The notes under the pieces are model-generated. The model was not told the origin of the DNA, ran no database searches, and saw nothing but the letters and a program-made list of their open reading frames with translations. DNA of 64,000 nt from Parachlamydiales bacterium (GTDB taxonomy: Bacteria > Chlamydiota > Chlamydiia > Chlamydiales > Rhabdochlamydiaceae): assembly GCA_963705295.1 (NCBI GenBank), contig OY970065.1:224001-288000 (forward strand), given 5' to 3'. Shown piece by piece: positions 1-10,083 of the stretch (position 1 is the first letter of the stretch; each line of letters begins with the position of its first letter). The position numbers and the translations under genes were made by a program.

Positions 1-111
1 TTTTCTCTCACTTGAAAGTCATTAATATTTTGATTTTCCTGGGTTTCGGTTTGGCTGTAATTGGATTTATTTGGTATAAGCATAGGAAAAAAGCATCTAT
101 AAAAAATACAA

Positions 112-615
112 ATGTTTAATCTTTCTAATAGTTTATCACTTCTACGAGCTCCTTTGGCCCTTCTCTTTTTATTTGAGAATACCACGGTGCGGCTCATTGC
201 TATCTTTTTAGCCATGTTAACCGATAGTGTCGATGGGTATCTTGCTCGAAGATCCCGCACGGCAACCCGCTTTGGTGCCGTCTTGGATCCGGCCATGGAC
301 AAATTTTTTGTCGTCTTTTGTCTCTGTGTCCTCCTTTCAGAAAACCGGCTAGAACTTGGGCAAGGTTTGATGATGATTTCCAGAGATTTTGCCCTCTGCC
401 TCTTTGGGTTGTATCTCAGCCTTTCTGGGCTTTGGCAGAGTTACCAGTTCCGAGCGATTCGCTGGGGAAAAATCACCACGGCTCTTCAGTTTCTTGTCCT
501 GATCGCCGTCACCTTAGGCTATCAACTGCCATGGCATCTCTATTCCCTCTTTGTTCTCTTTGCACTCCTTGCTTTGATAGAGCTGTTTAAATTTAAGAAA
601 TCTGCCTTAACGTAG
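112..615 (+). CDS. pgsA: CDP-alcohol phosphatidyltransferase (PGP synthase-like)
   Basis: Family motif DSVDGYLARR...FGAVLDPAMDK; hydrophobic 167 aa; N-terminal NSLSLLR. Confidence 0.85.
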   Translation: MFNLSNSLSLLRAPLALLFLFENTTVRLIAIFLAMLTDSVDGYLARRSRTATRFGAVLDPAMDKFFVVFCLCVLLSENRLELGQGLMMISRDFALCLFGLYLSLSGLWQSYQFRAIRWGKITTALQFLVLIAVTLGYQLPWHLYSLFVLFALLALIELFKFKKSALT

Positions 616-1579
616 GAAGGGCTAAGGGGATATCCATTGCCTGCAGCTCTGTTTGGATGGCAAGGAGAAGATCTTGTTGAAACCGATTGAATAAGGTCAA
701 ATCGAGGATATTTGAAAACGCTTCAATCTCGATTTCGCAGGCATAATCTCCAAACGAATGTAAATAGACGTGGATCGGATATTCAGCATCAACCCCTGGA
801 AACCGACTAATCAACTCTCGAATTTTCTTAACGACATCGGAGATTTTTCCCACTTCGCTTAAGGGAATTCTTATCTTCTGTTTAATACGGCGCCTCGTGA
901 TGCGAGAGATATTCGTAACGAGCATCGTTGAAAAAAAGTTATTGGGGAGATAAACAGCCCTCTTTTCCGTGTCTCGGATCGAGGTTCGAAACCACCCTAT
1001 TTCCTCTATGATGCCTTCGAGATTTTTCTCGGGAAGATGGATCTGGTCGCCTTTCACAAAGGGACGGGTAATATGGAGCATGATTCCACTACAGAAGTTC
1101 GCCATGACGTCTTTTCCTGCAAAACCGAGTGATGCCGCCCCAATACTACCAAAAGCAAGAAGGGGTGCCGTATTGACACCGAAGATTTGCATGATGATCA
1201 AGGCCGTAATCACTCCCATCGCTAAGGTCACGAGCCGCCCAATCATCTGGACCGTCGTGATATCGACCTTTTTGGTCTGAAGATTTTTTTCGATCTCGGT
1301 TTTCCAACGGAAAAACAACCATAAAAAAGCCCCTATTACAACCGTCTTTCTCAGTGCACTCAAGTAGTTTAGAATGATGGATAGTCCCCATCGATGACCG
1401 AGAAGATCGACAAAATAAAGAAAGCCGAGCGCCCAAATCAGGGATGTCAGCGGAGGCATACAGATCTTTCCAATGCGTGATTGGGTATGTGTTATGATTT
1501 TTTTTAACCCATATTGAAGGGCCCCTAAAACCCCGAATCCGACTAGAGCTTCTATCCACCAGAGAAAATTTGAATCCAT
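593..1579 (-). CDS. mscS: Small-conductance mechanosensitive channel (MscS family)
   Basis: TM3 motif LAFGSIGAASLGFAGKDVMANFCSGI, then RPFVKGDQI and GIIEEIGWFRTSIR. ATG at 1579 preferred over TTG at 1615. Confidence 0.85.
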   Translation of the reverse strand: MDSNFLWWIEALVGFGVLGALQYGLKKIITHTQSRIGKICMPPLTSLIWALGFLYFVDLLGHRWGLSIILNYLSALRKTVVIGAFLWLFFRWKTEIEKNLQTKKVDITTVQMIGRLVTLAMGVITALIIMQIFGVNTAPLLAFGSIGAASLGFAGKDVMANFCSGIMLHITRPFVKGDQIHLPEKNLEGIIEEIGWFRTSIRDTEKRAVYLPNNFFSTMLVTNISRITRRRIKQKIRIPLSEVGKISDVVKKIRELISRFPGVDAEYPIHVYLHSFGDYACEIEIEAFSNILDLTLFNRFQQDLLLAIQTELQAMDIPLALPTLRQIS

Positions 1580-1654
1580 AACATATATGATACCCGAAAT
1601 TGTGGTAGAATTCAAAAGACAATAAAACTTAATATGATTATTTTAGGAGACATG

Positions 1655-2665
1655 ATGAATTTTACGCGTGAGTCGATTTTTGTCGGGGCTTTACGTTCTT
1701 TTTGTGTGTCGATCGGTGTGATTTTGGGATTAGCCATTGGGGTAGGGATCGTCGTTTTAGGTGTTTCTTTCATTGTTGGGCCGCAATATCTTCCTCCGAA
1801 ATCTCAGCCCATCATCATGCCAGATGCCCATGGGGAAAGAACGGTCCTTCCTGGAAATGCACCGGCTATTTTAAGAATCGATTTTCATGGTGTCATCGGT
1901 ATGGGCGATCTAACAGCCGATAAAATAAGAAATATTCTTTTGGATTCGAGAGAAGATCTTCTTAAAGGGAATCGAGTGAAGGGTGTCCTTCTCCATATGA
2001 ATACCCCTGGGGGTGCTTCGGATGATTCGGATGAAATCTACCGGGCTCTTCTCGATTACAAAGCGAAATATAATGTCCCTATTTATGTCTATGTCGATGG
2101 ACTTTGTGCTTCGGGGGGAATGTACATCTCTTGTGCTGCGGATAAAATCTATGCGAGCCCATCGAGTGTGATTGGATCGGTTGGTGTGATCATGGGACCA
2201 ACTTTCAATTTTTCTGAAGCCATGTCAAAATTTGGAGTAGGCGCTCTTACCATTACGGAAGGTAAAGATAAAGATACTCTAAACCCCTTTAGACCGTGGA
2301 AACCCGATGAAGATGCGTCCATCAGGCCCATCATCGTGGCCCTTTATGACCGATTTGTTTCGATTGTTGCTTCAGCACGGCCACTACTCACTCGGGAAAA
2401 GTTGGTGAATGAATATGGAGCGCATGTCTTCATTGCAAAACAGGCTGAAGAACTTGGGTACATCGATAAAGCCTGTGTCGATTATACCCGAACACTCCAA
2501 GCTCTTACTCTAGAAGCAAAAATTGGAGAGAAAGAAAAATACCAAGTGGTTCAACTGGTTCCACCTCACCCCTTCTTCACTGGATTGACCCAATCGATAG
2601 CCCCTCAAAAACTCCTTCAACCCCTAGCTCTAAGCGGAAAATTACTTTATTTATACCAGCCCTAA
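1655..2665 (+). CDS. sppA: S49 family signal peptide peptidase (SppA/SohB)
   Basis: Motifs NTPGG, CASGGMYISCAADKIYASPSSVIGSVGV and GKDKD; N-terminal TM anchor; AGGAG RBS at 1645-1649 (start could be 1652 or 1634). Confidence 0.85.
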   Translation: MNFTRESIFVGALRSFCVSIGVILGLAIGVGIVVLGVSFIVGPQYLPPKSQPIIMPDAHGERTVLPGNAPAILRIDFHGVIGMGDLTADKIRNILLDSREDLLKGNRVKGVLLHMNTPGGASDDSDEIYRALLDYKAKYNVPIYVYVDGLCASGGMYISCAADKIYASPSSVIGSVGVIMGPTFNFSEAMSKFGVGALTITEGKDKDTLNPFRPWKPDEDASIRPIIVALYDRFVSIVASARPLLTREKLVNEYGAHVFIAKQAEELGYIDKACVDYTRTLQALTLEAKIGEKEKYQVVQLVPPHPFFTGLTQSIAPQKLLQPLALSGKLLYLYQP

Positions 2666-2672
2666 ATAATCT

Positions 2673-5327
2673 GTGAAAGAACTCTACATTGTCGATGCTG
2701 TGAATTTTCTATTCCGGTCGTATTATGCGATTGGCCCTATGACCAACCAAAAAGGAGAGTCGACCAATGCTCTTTTTGGATTCATTCGGACGATATACAA
2801 ATTAATTGCCGATTTTTCTCCCGATTTTCTCGTTGCCGTTTTTGATGGACCCGAAAGCAAAGCAAAACGGACGGAAATGTACGCCGATTACAAAATCCAT
2901 CGAAAAGAGATGCCTGAAGATCTTTATACACAACTTGGAAGAGCTCTTTATTGGTGTGAAATCGCTGGAATACCGTTTTTATCAATTCCAGGTGTCGAGG
3001 CCGATGATACGATTGGGAGTATCGCCAAGTGGGTAGAAAAGCAAGGGATCAAGGTTTTTATCTGCAGTAGTGATAAAGATCTCTGCCAACTGGTCGATGA
3101 CCATATTTTCATGATTCAACCTCATAAGGAAAATCTCCTGGTCGATCAGAATAAGGTGAAAGAGATTTATGGAGTGACTCCAGAGCAAATCGTCGATTAT
3201 TTGGCGATTGTGGGCGATGCCTCGGATAATATTCCTGGCTTGGAAGGATTTGGACCTAAAACAGCCGCTGCTCTCCTGCAAGAATTTGGCACTTTAGATA
3301 CTATTTTGGCGAATCCGGATAAGATCCCAGGTGCGAAAAAGCAAGAAGTTGTCCGTCGGGATAAAGAAATTGCTCTCTTGAGTCGAAGATTGGCTCAGCT
3401 AGACCTCAACGTCGCCTTTCCTGAAGATGAGACTTTTTTCCATCTTAAAGCGCCTGATCTTGAAAAAGTAAAAGAGTTTTACATTGAGATGAACTTCATG
3501 TCTCTTCTCAAACAGTTAGAAATCCCAGCCGCTGCACCGAAAGTTGAACCTGAGGTGCCTGAAAAAATCGATTATCAACTGATCAACGATCTCGAATCGC
3601 TCGATCAACTCATGAAAACCGTGCGCGCACAAAAGGAGGTTTGTCTCGATGTCGAAACAACCGATCTTCATCCGATGCTGGCAAAACTTGTTGGAATTGG
3701 GTTTTCTATAGAGTCAGGCGCAGCCTGGTATCTCCCTTTAAATGGAGCCATTCCCCGAGAGATCATTCTGGAAAAGCTCCGGCACTTGCTGATGCACGGC
3801 TCGTATTATGGACATAATATCAAATATGACATCCATGTTCTTATGAACGAAGATCTTCCAGAGCCTTCCATTGCTTTTGATACAATTCTCGCGTCCTACC
3901 TTTTAAATCCTCACAAACCCAAACATGGACTCGACCACGTAGTTTTAGAAAGATTTTTCAAGGTAAAAATTCCGATCGAAGATCTCATTGGAAAAGGAAA
4001 AAAACAAATCTCAATGCAAGATGTCCCTTTACCTCAGATAACAGAATATTGTTGTCAAGATGTCGATTATACCGTTCGACTTAAAGATGTTTTTGAGAAA
4101 GAACTGAAAGAGCAACACTTAATGTCGATTTTAAAAGAGATCGAACTTCCCTTAGTTCCCGTTCTCATAGCCATGGAAAGGCGGGGAATTTTCGTCGATC
4201 TAGAATTTTTGAAAAAAATGTCCGAAGAACTTGCCCATGAAATTGCAAAAATCGAAAAAGAAATCTACGCCTTGGCTGGGGAACATTTTAATATCAACTC
4301 TCCCAAACAACTGAGTCAGATTCTCTTCGAAAAAATGGGAATCCATCCACCGAAGAAAATTGCAACAGGGTTTTCTACGAGTGCAGACGTCTTGGAAAAA
4401 CTGCAAGATGAAGCTCCTATTGTCAGAAACATTTTAGAGTACAGGACGCTGGAAAAACTCCGCTCCACCTATGTCGATGCATTTCCTCATGAAATTCATC
4501 CAAAGACCCACCGGATCCACACAACTTTCAATCAATCGGTGACAGCCACAGGAAGACTCTCGTGCCAAGATCCGAATCTACAAAATATTCCGATTCGGTC
4601 TCCCATGGGAAGAAAAATTCGACAAGCCTTTAAACCGCAAGAAAAAGATTTTAGTTTTTTAGCGGCCGATTATTCGCAAATTGAACTTCGACTTCTTGCA
4701 CATCTAAGTGAAGATCCGATTCTCATCAAAGCTTTCAACGAAGGGGAAGACATCCACGCGTTCACTGCTTCTCTGGTCTTTGATGTTCCTCTCAATGAGG
4801 TCACGGATGAAATGCGGCATAAAGCAAAAGCTGTCAATTTTGGAATTCTCTATGGACAACAAGCTTTTGGACTCTCTCAAGGGTTGAATATTGATTACAG
4901 GGAAGCTGCCACTTTTATCGAAAAATATTTTCAAAGATACAAGCGAGTCAAGGAATTTCTTGAATTTTGCAAAGAGAGTGTCCGAAAAACGGGGCGTGCT
5001 GTGACGATGACGGGAAGACAGCGACCCATCCCGGATATTGTCTCCAAAAATCCGATACTCCGTGCTGCAGCCGAAAGGCTTGCGATCAATACCCCCCTGC
5101 AAGGCACTGCAGCAGATCTGATCAAAATTGCAATGATTCAGATCCACCCCGCGTGCTTTCCGGCTTATCTGCTCTTGCAGATTCACGACGAACTTCTTTT
5201 TGAAGGTCCTGATGCGTATATGGGACAGCTTTCAACTAAAGTTAAGAGTATGATGGAAAACGTCATGCAACTCAAAGTCCCCCTCGAAGTCGACATTTCC
5301 ATTGGAAAAAATTGGGGAGAATGTTAA
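2673..5327 (+). CDS. polA: DNA polymerase I
   Basis: 5'-3' exonuclease (EADD, GDASDNIPG), 3'-5' exonuclease (LDVET, HNIKYD, YCCQD) and polymerase motifs (DYSQIELR, KAVNFGILYG, QIHDEL). Confidence 0.98.
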   Translation: MKELYIVDAVNFLFRSYYAIGPMTNQKGESTNALFGFIRTIYKLIADFSPDFLVAVFDGPESKAKRTEMYADYKIHRKEMPEDLYTQLGRALYWCEIAGIPFLSIPGVEADDTIGSIAKWVEKQGIKVFICSSDKDLCQLVDDHIFMIQPHKENLLVDQNKVKEIYGVTPEQIVDYLAIVGDASDNIPGLEGFGPKTAAALLQEFGTLDTILANPDKIPGAKKQEVVRRDKEIALLSRRLAQLDLNVAFPEDETFFHLKAPDLEKVKEFYIEMNFMSLLKQLEIPAAAPKVEPEVPEKIDYQLINDLESLDQLMKTVRAQKEVCLDVETTDLHPMLAKLVGIGFSIESGAAWYLPLNGAIPREIILEKLRHLLMHGSYYGHNIKYDIHVLMNEDLPEPSIAFDTILASYLLNPHKPKHGLDHVVLERFFKVKIPIEDLIGKGKKQISMQDVPLPQITEYCCQDVDYTVRLKDVFEKELKEQHLMSILKEIELPLVPVLIAMERRGIFVDLEFLKKMSEELAHEIAKIEKEIYALAGEHFNINSPKQLSQILFEKMGIHPPKKIATGFSTSADVLEKLQDEAPIVRNILEYRTLEKLRSTYVDAFPHEIHPKTHRIHTTFNQSVTATGRLSCQDPNLQNIPIRSPMGRKIRQAFKPQEKDFSFLAADYSQIELRLLAHLSEDPILIKAFNEGEDIHAFTASLVFDVPLNEVTDEMRHKAKAVNFGILYGQQAFGLSQGLNIDYREAATFIEKYFQRYKRVKEFLEFCKESVRKTGRAVTMTGRQRPIPDIVSKNPILRAAAERLAINTPLQGTAADLIKIAMIQIHPACFPAYLLLQIHDELLFEGPDAYMGQLSTKVKSMMENVMQLKVPLEVDISIGKNWGEC

Positions 5328-5905
5328 GTTTGAGAAAAATAGCTATAACAGGCGGTCTTGCAGCTGGCAAATCGACCGTGTGCCGTATTCTCCAAGAAGA
5401 GTATAGTGCTTTTGTCATTGATGCCGATAAAATTGTACATCAATTGTTATCTCCTCATACGGAAGTCGGACAAAAGGTTATCCATCTTCTAGGTCATGAA
5501 ATTGTAGCCGGAAATCAAATCGATAGGAAAAAAATTTCAAATATTGTGTTTTCAGATCCCAAAAAATTAGATGCTTTAGAATCCATTTTACACCCTGCTG
5601 TTAGAGAGGAAATCGAACGCGAGTTCAACCAGGTGAAGTCAAAACCATCTTACCGGTTTTTTGTCGCTGAAATTCCTCTTCTTTACGAGGCCAAAATGGA
5701 ACATGAGTTTGATACCGTGATAGCCGTGATTGCAGATGAGAGGTACGCCTCTCCTGACGATTTTGAAAAGCGGCTGTCTCGGCAATTACCATCCCATACA
5801 AAGGCCCAGAAAGCCGACTTTGTGATTCAGAATAATGGAGATTTAACCAGTTTAAGATCAGCGATCCAATCTATCGTGGATCAGTTGCAAAAGGAGAATC
5901 AATGA
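5321..5905 (+). CDS. coaE: Dephospho-CoA kinase
   Basis: P-loop [29 protein letters not shown]; follows polA. Confidence 0.95.
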   Translation: MLSLRKIAITGGLAAGKSTVCRILQEEYSAFVIDADKIVHQLLSPHTEVGQKVIHLLGHEIVAGNQIDRKKISNIVFSDPKKLDALESILHPAVREEIEREFNQVKSKPSYRFFVAEIPLLYEAKMEHEFDTVIAVIADERYASPDDFEKRLSRQLPSHTKAQKADFVIQNNGDLTSLRSAIQSIVDQLQKENQ

Positions 5906-7233
5906 ACCCAGAAGACACGACTTCCATGACATCGGAACAACCTACCCGAGGACCCGAACAAGAGCCAGTACCTGGCCAAATTACAAAAATTGCCGATCTC
6001 CAGCGGATGAACGTTGATCAACTCAATGTTATCGCAAGAGATATGGGTCTGAAACATCTCGGATCTCTCCCAAAATCTCAACTTGTTTTTGAAATCGTTA
6101 AAGCCAAGGCCGAACATCCCACGGAAATTTTAGTAGGAGAAGGTGTTTTAGAAGTCCTTCCTGATGGTTTTGGATTTCTCCGCTCGCCTAACTATAACTA
6201 TCTCCCCTCTGCCGAGGATATCTATGTTTCCCCTGCTCAAATCCGTCGGTTTGATCTCAAGAAAGGAGACACCGTTTATGGGACGATCCGATCACCCAAA
6301 GAGAAAGAAAAATATTTTGCGCTACTGAAAGTCGATAAAATTAATGGACGGCCTCCCGAAGAAGCCAGAGAAAGGATCTTATTTGAAAACCTGACTCCCC
6401 TTTATCCCGACAAACGTCTTGTAATGGAGACATCGAAGGAAAAACTCACGACCCGTATCATGGATCTCATTGCTCCTATCGGAAAAGGGCAGCGTGGTCT
6501 GATCGTGGCTCCTCCTCGCTCGGGGAAAACCGTCATCTTGCAGAGCATTGCCAATGCGATCACGACAAATAATCCTGACGTCGTTCTCATCGTGCTTCTG
6601 ATCGATGAACGTCCTGAAGAAGTCACCGACATGAGCCGTAGCGTTAAAGGCGAGGTGATCTCTTCAACCTTTGACGAACCTCCTGAAAGACACGTTCAAA
6701 TCGCTGAGATGGCCATTGAAAAAGCACGCCGCCTTGTCGAGTACCACCATGACGTTGTTATTCTGCTCGATTCTTTAACCCGTCTCGCCCGTGCTTACAA
6801 TACGGTGCAACCTCACTCAGGAAAAATCTTAACAGGTGGTGTCGATGCCAATGCCCTTCACAAACCGAAGCGCTTTTTTGGAGCAGCTCGCAATGTGGAA
6901 GAAGGTGGATCCCTCACGATCATTGCAACGGCGCTCATTGAAACGGGCTCTCGCATGGACGAGGTCATCTTTGAAGAGTTTAAAGGAACGGGCAACATGG
7001 AACTCGTCCTTGACAGACGTCTCGCAGATCGGCGTATTTATCCTCCTATCGATCCGATCAAGAGTGGAACCCGCAAAGAAGAATTGCTTTTCCATCCTGA
7101 GGAGCTCGAAAAAATTCACCTCATGCGTGGAGGGCTGGGCGATCTTTCGCCTCTCGATGCGATTCCTTTATTAAGCGGAAGAATCAAAAAAACAAACAAT
7201 AATATCGAATTTTTACTCTCATTAAAGGATTAG
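5902..7233 (+). CDS. rho: Transcription termination factor Rho
   Basis: [37 protein letters not shown]. Confidence 0.98.
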   Translation: MNPEDTTSMTSEQPTRGPEQEPVPGQITKIADLQRMNVDQLNVIARDMGLKHLGSLPKSQLVFEIVKAKAEHPTEILVGEGVLEVLPDGFGFLRSPNYNYLPSAEDIYVSPAQIRRFDLKKGDTVYGTIRSPKEKEKYFALLKVDKINGRPPEEARERILFENLTPLYPDKRLVMETSKEKLTTRIMDLIAPIGKGQRGLIVAPPRSGKTVILQSIANAITTNNPDVVLIVLLIDERPEEVTDMSRSVKGEVISSTFDEPPERHVQIAEMAIEKARRLVEYHHDVVILLDSLTRLARAYNTVQPHSGKILTGGVDANALHKPKRFFGAARNVEEGGSLTIIATALIETGSRMDEVIFEEFKGTGNMELVLDRRLADRRIYPPIDPIKSGTRKEELLFHPEELEKIHLMRGGLGDLSPLDAIPLLSGRIKKTNNNIEFLLSLKD

Positions 7234-7269
7234 GTTTCTTTTAAATCTTATTCTTTATACCATGATAGT

Positions 7270-8853
7270 GTGATAAGATATTTGACTTTGATTTTACTGG
7301 TGTTTGTTTCGTGCACGGAAAAAAAACCTCCTAAACGATCTCATACCTTGCGTATGAATATTGCGCGGGAGCCACTCACCATGGACCCTCGGCAAGGTGG
7401 TGAACTGATCAGTTCGACGCTTCATTTTATTGCCTTCGAAGGACTCACACGTTTCAATCCGGATGGTTCGCTAACACCTGCGCAAGCAGAGTCGGTTGAA
7501 ATATCCGATGATAGAAAAACGTATCTTTTCCACCTTCGGAATACAAAATGGTCGGATGGATCTCCTGTGACTGCTCATGATTTTGAAAGAGCCTGGAAAG
7601 CCATTCTCTCACCGAATTTTTCTGCTCCGAATGCTCACCTCCTTTATCCGATCAAAAATAGTGAAAAAGCAAAAAAGGGTGAGGTTGCTCTTGATCAAAT
7701 CGGTGTCTATGTCAAAGACGATAAAACGTTGATCGTAGAACTCGAAAATCCGACACCTTATTTCCTTGATCTCGTTTCTTTCTGTGTCTTTTTCCCCATT
7801 CACAGCAAAATCGATCTCGAAGATCCTCATTGGATGCATGAAGCGGGGAATCATTTTATTTCAAACGGACCCTTTACTCTGAAATCATGGAAACATCACA
7901 ACGAAATGATTTTCGAGAAAAATCGTTATTATTGGGAATCACGCCAGATCCACTTGGATCAGATCCATGTCAGCATGGTTTCTAACGAATCGACAGCTTT
8001 GAACATGTTTGAAAATGGAGAGCTCGATCTCATGGGTCTCGGTATTTCCCCTCTTCCCAATGACGTCATTCTGGAATACTACCGTAAAGGTTATCTCAAA
8101 ACACAAGCGTCCCCCGGAACGTCCGTCGTTTGTTTTAATGTGACGAAATTTCCTTTTCACAATAAAAACATCCGTAAAGCTTTTGCCTTTGCCATTCATC
8201 GAGAAGAAATCATAGAAAATATCACACAACTCGGCGAAGAGGTCGCTACGAATATTATTTCACCCAGGCTTACCGATAAAATCATTTCTTATTTCAAAGA
8301 TAATGATGTCGTGCGAGCACGTGACTATTTTCAAAAAGGGTTAAAAGAATTGGGAATTGAACCGTCTGAATTTCCTTCTTTAACCTATTATTATTCTTTA
8401 GGAGATCTCAGTCATAAACTGGCCCAAGTCTTGCAACAACAGTGGCATGTTGCACTCGGTATCAAAGTCAATTTGCAGCACACAGAACATAAAGTTTTAC
8501 TCGACAGATTGAAAAACCACAATTATGAATTGGCACAATCGTTTTGGGTCGCTCAGTATAACGATCCTATGAGTATTTTGGAGCGGTTCAAATACAAAAA
8601 TAATGCCAAGAATTATCCCGGATGGGAAGATCCAGCGTATATCAACCTTCTTCTGAAAGCCGACAAAGAACAATCCCCCGAATTGAGAAATAAAACTCTC
8701 CTCGAGGCCGAGGCTCTATTCATGGAAGAAATGCCGCTGGCTCCTCTTTACCATTGGAGAACAGGTTTCATGATTAAAGATTACTTAAGTTATCAAGATT
8801 TCCCAAGAAATGGTTTTTTAGAACTAACCCGCATCTCTTTTCGAAGTGAGTAA
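7270..8853 (+). CDS. oppA: Oligopeptide ABC transporter substrate-binding lipoprotein (family 5)
   Basis: Lipobox FVSC; family 5 signature YLFHLRNTKWSDGSPVTAHDF; SNGPFTL. Confidence 0.9.
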   Translation: MIRYLTLILLVFVSCTEKKPPKRSHTLRMNIAREPLTMDPRQGGELISSTLHFIAFEGLTRFNPDGSLTPAQAESVEISDDRKTYLFHLRNTKWSDGSPVTAHDFERAWKAILSPNFSAPNAHLLYPIKNSEKAKKGEVALDQIGVYVKDDKTLIVELENPTPYFLDLVSFCVFFPIHSKIDLEDPHWMHEAGNHFISNGPFTLKSWKHHNEMIFEKNRYYWESRQIHLDQIHVSMVSNESTALNMFENGELDLMGLGISPLPNDVILEYYRKGYLKTQASPGTSVVCFNVTKFPFHNKNIRKAFAFAIHREEIIENITQLGEEVATNIISPRLTDKIISYFKDNDVVRARDYFQKGLKELGIEPSEFPSLTYYYSLGDLSHKLAQVLQQQWHVALGIKVNLQHTEHKVLLDRLKNHNYELAQSFWVAQYNDPMSILERFKYKNNAKNYPGWEDPAYINLLLKADKEQSPELRNKTLLEAEALFMEEMPLAPLYHWRTGFMIKDYLSYQDFPRNGFLELTRISFRSE

Positions 8854-9468
8854 TTGGACGACTTCCTGGTCGGATGTTTGAGCAAAATCGAAATAAAATT
8901 GACCGACTGCTCCGAAACGTTCCGGTGCAAAAAGACAAACCGTCTCATCGACATCTTTTGAAATCCGTTTCAGTGTATCGGGTGGTGCGACAGGGACCGC
9001 TAAAACAATTTTTCCAGCACCTTTTTGACGGAGAGCATGGATGGCAGCTTTGATGCTCGCACCTGTTGCAATCCCATCATCGACGAGCAAAACCGTTTTT
9101 CCTTTCACTTCGACTCTTTTGTGCCCCTTTCGATAGAGAGCAAGCCGCTGCTCAGCTACCCTTTTTTCCCTTTCAACCTCTTGTTTGATATACTGCGCAT
9201 GAATTCCTAATTGCTCGATGATATCGTCATTAAAAATTCCGAACCCCTCCTCATCGATAGCACCGATCGCCAGTTCTTCATTGTCAGGAGCCCCAACTTT
9301 GCGGATCACCATCACATCTAAAGGCAAATGCAACGCGCCGGCAACAGCATGGGCTACGACGACACCTCCACGGGCAAGACCCAGGACAACACTCTTGGGA
9401 TCGTTTTTATATTTTTCCAGCTTTGTCGCGAGTTGAACTCCCGCATCGTCTCTATTTTTGAAGAGCAT
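8824..9468 (-). CDS. Type I phosphoribosyltransferase family protein
   Basis: FKNRDDAG N-terminus, LARGGVVVA, PRPP-binding loop VLLVDDGIATG. Confidence 0.85.
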   Translation of the reverse strand: MLFKNRDDAGVQLATKLEKYKNDPKSVVLGLARGGVVVAHAVAGALHLPLDVMVIRKVGAPDNEELAIGAIDEEGFGIFNDDIIEQLGIHAQYIKQEVEREKRVAEQRLALYRKGHKRVEVKGKTVLLVDDGIATGASIKAAIHALRQKGAGKIVLAVPVAPPDTLKRISKDVDETVCLFAPERFGAVGQFYFDFAQTSDQEVVQLLTSKRDAG

Positions 9469-9886
9469 CGTGGATATCGTGATCCCGAATCAAAAGTTTT
9501 TCATTAACACGAACTGGTTTAAGATACGCACGCAGTGCTTCATCAAAAAATATGTGACTACACCGATCGCCGCAGGTGAATAAATCGACGAAACAAGCCC
9601 CATATTCTGGGTACGTGTGAATACTCGCATGGCTTTCCGATAACATGATTACCATCGTCAAGCCGTGACCTGGAAAAACGTGCGCCTTATAATCCAAAAT
9701 TTGCGCCCCGCTTCTTCTCACAGCCTCTAGCATCACCTCTTGCAGCTTTTCTTCATTTTCAATACTGCCGGGATCACAAGCTAAATAACTCGCCAGAAAG
9801 TGTTTTCCCCTAAATTCATGATTCTCCTCACCAAATCCAGATATCAGATAGAAGGTAAAAACAAGCAAATAAATGACATTTCTCAT
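9452..9886 (-). CDS. speD: Pyruvoyl-dependent S-adenosylmethionine decarboxylase-like proenzyme
   Basis: GKHFLA, autocleavage motif LSESHASIHTYPE, VDLFTCG; extra hydrophobic N-terminus. Confidence 0.8.
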   Translation of the reverse strand: MRNVIYLLVFTFYLISGFGEENHEFRGKHFLASYLACDPGSIENEEKLQEVMLEAVRRSGAQILDYKAHVFPGHGLTMVIMLSESHASIHTYPEYGACFVDLFTCGDRCSHIFFDEALRAYLKPVRVNEKLLIRDHDIHDALQK

Positions 9887-9983
9887 AGGTCGGGGTATAA
9901 TACGCGACTTCGTATTTTTCGAAAACCACTAAAATCGTTGATTAATTCCACTTAAGACGATAATATTATCTCTTTTTATCCAT

Positions 9984-10073
9984 GGAAAGATGGCTGAGCG
10001 GCCGAAGGCACGTCCCTGCTAAGGACGCGTACTCCCCAAAGGAGTACCGTGGGTTCAAATCCCACTCTTTCCG
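9984..10073 (+). tRNA. tRNA-Ser (anticodon GCT), long variable arm, CCA not encoded
   Basis: Acceptor stem GGAAAGA/TCTTTCC; anticodon arm CGTCC-CTGCTAA-GGACG; variable arm GTACTCC...GGAGTAC; T-loop GTTCAAAT. Confidence 0.95.
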
Positions 10074-10083
10074 ATCGTCTGCA

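Noticed and set aside
7270..8853. Solitary oppA as a novel system
   Set aside because: Dispersed oppA paralogues are common in chlamydiae
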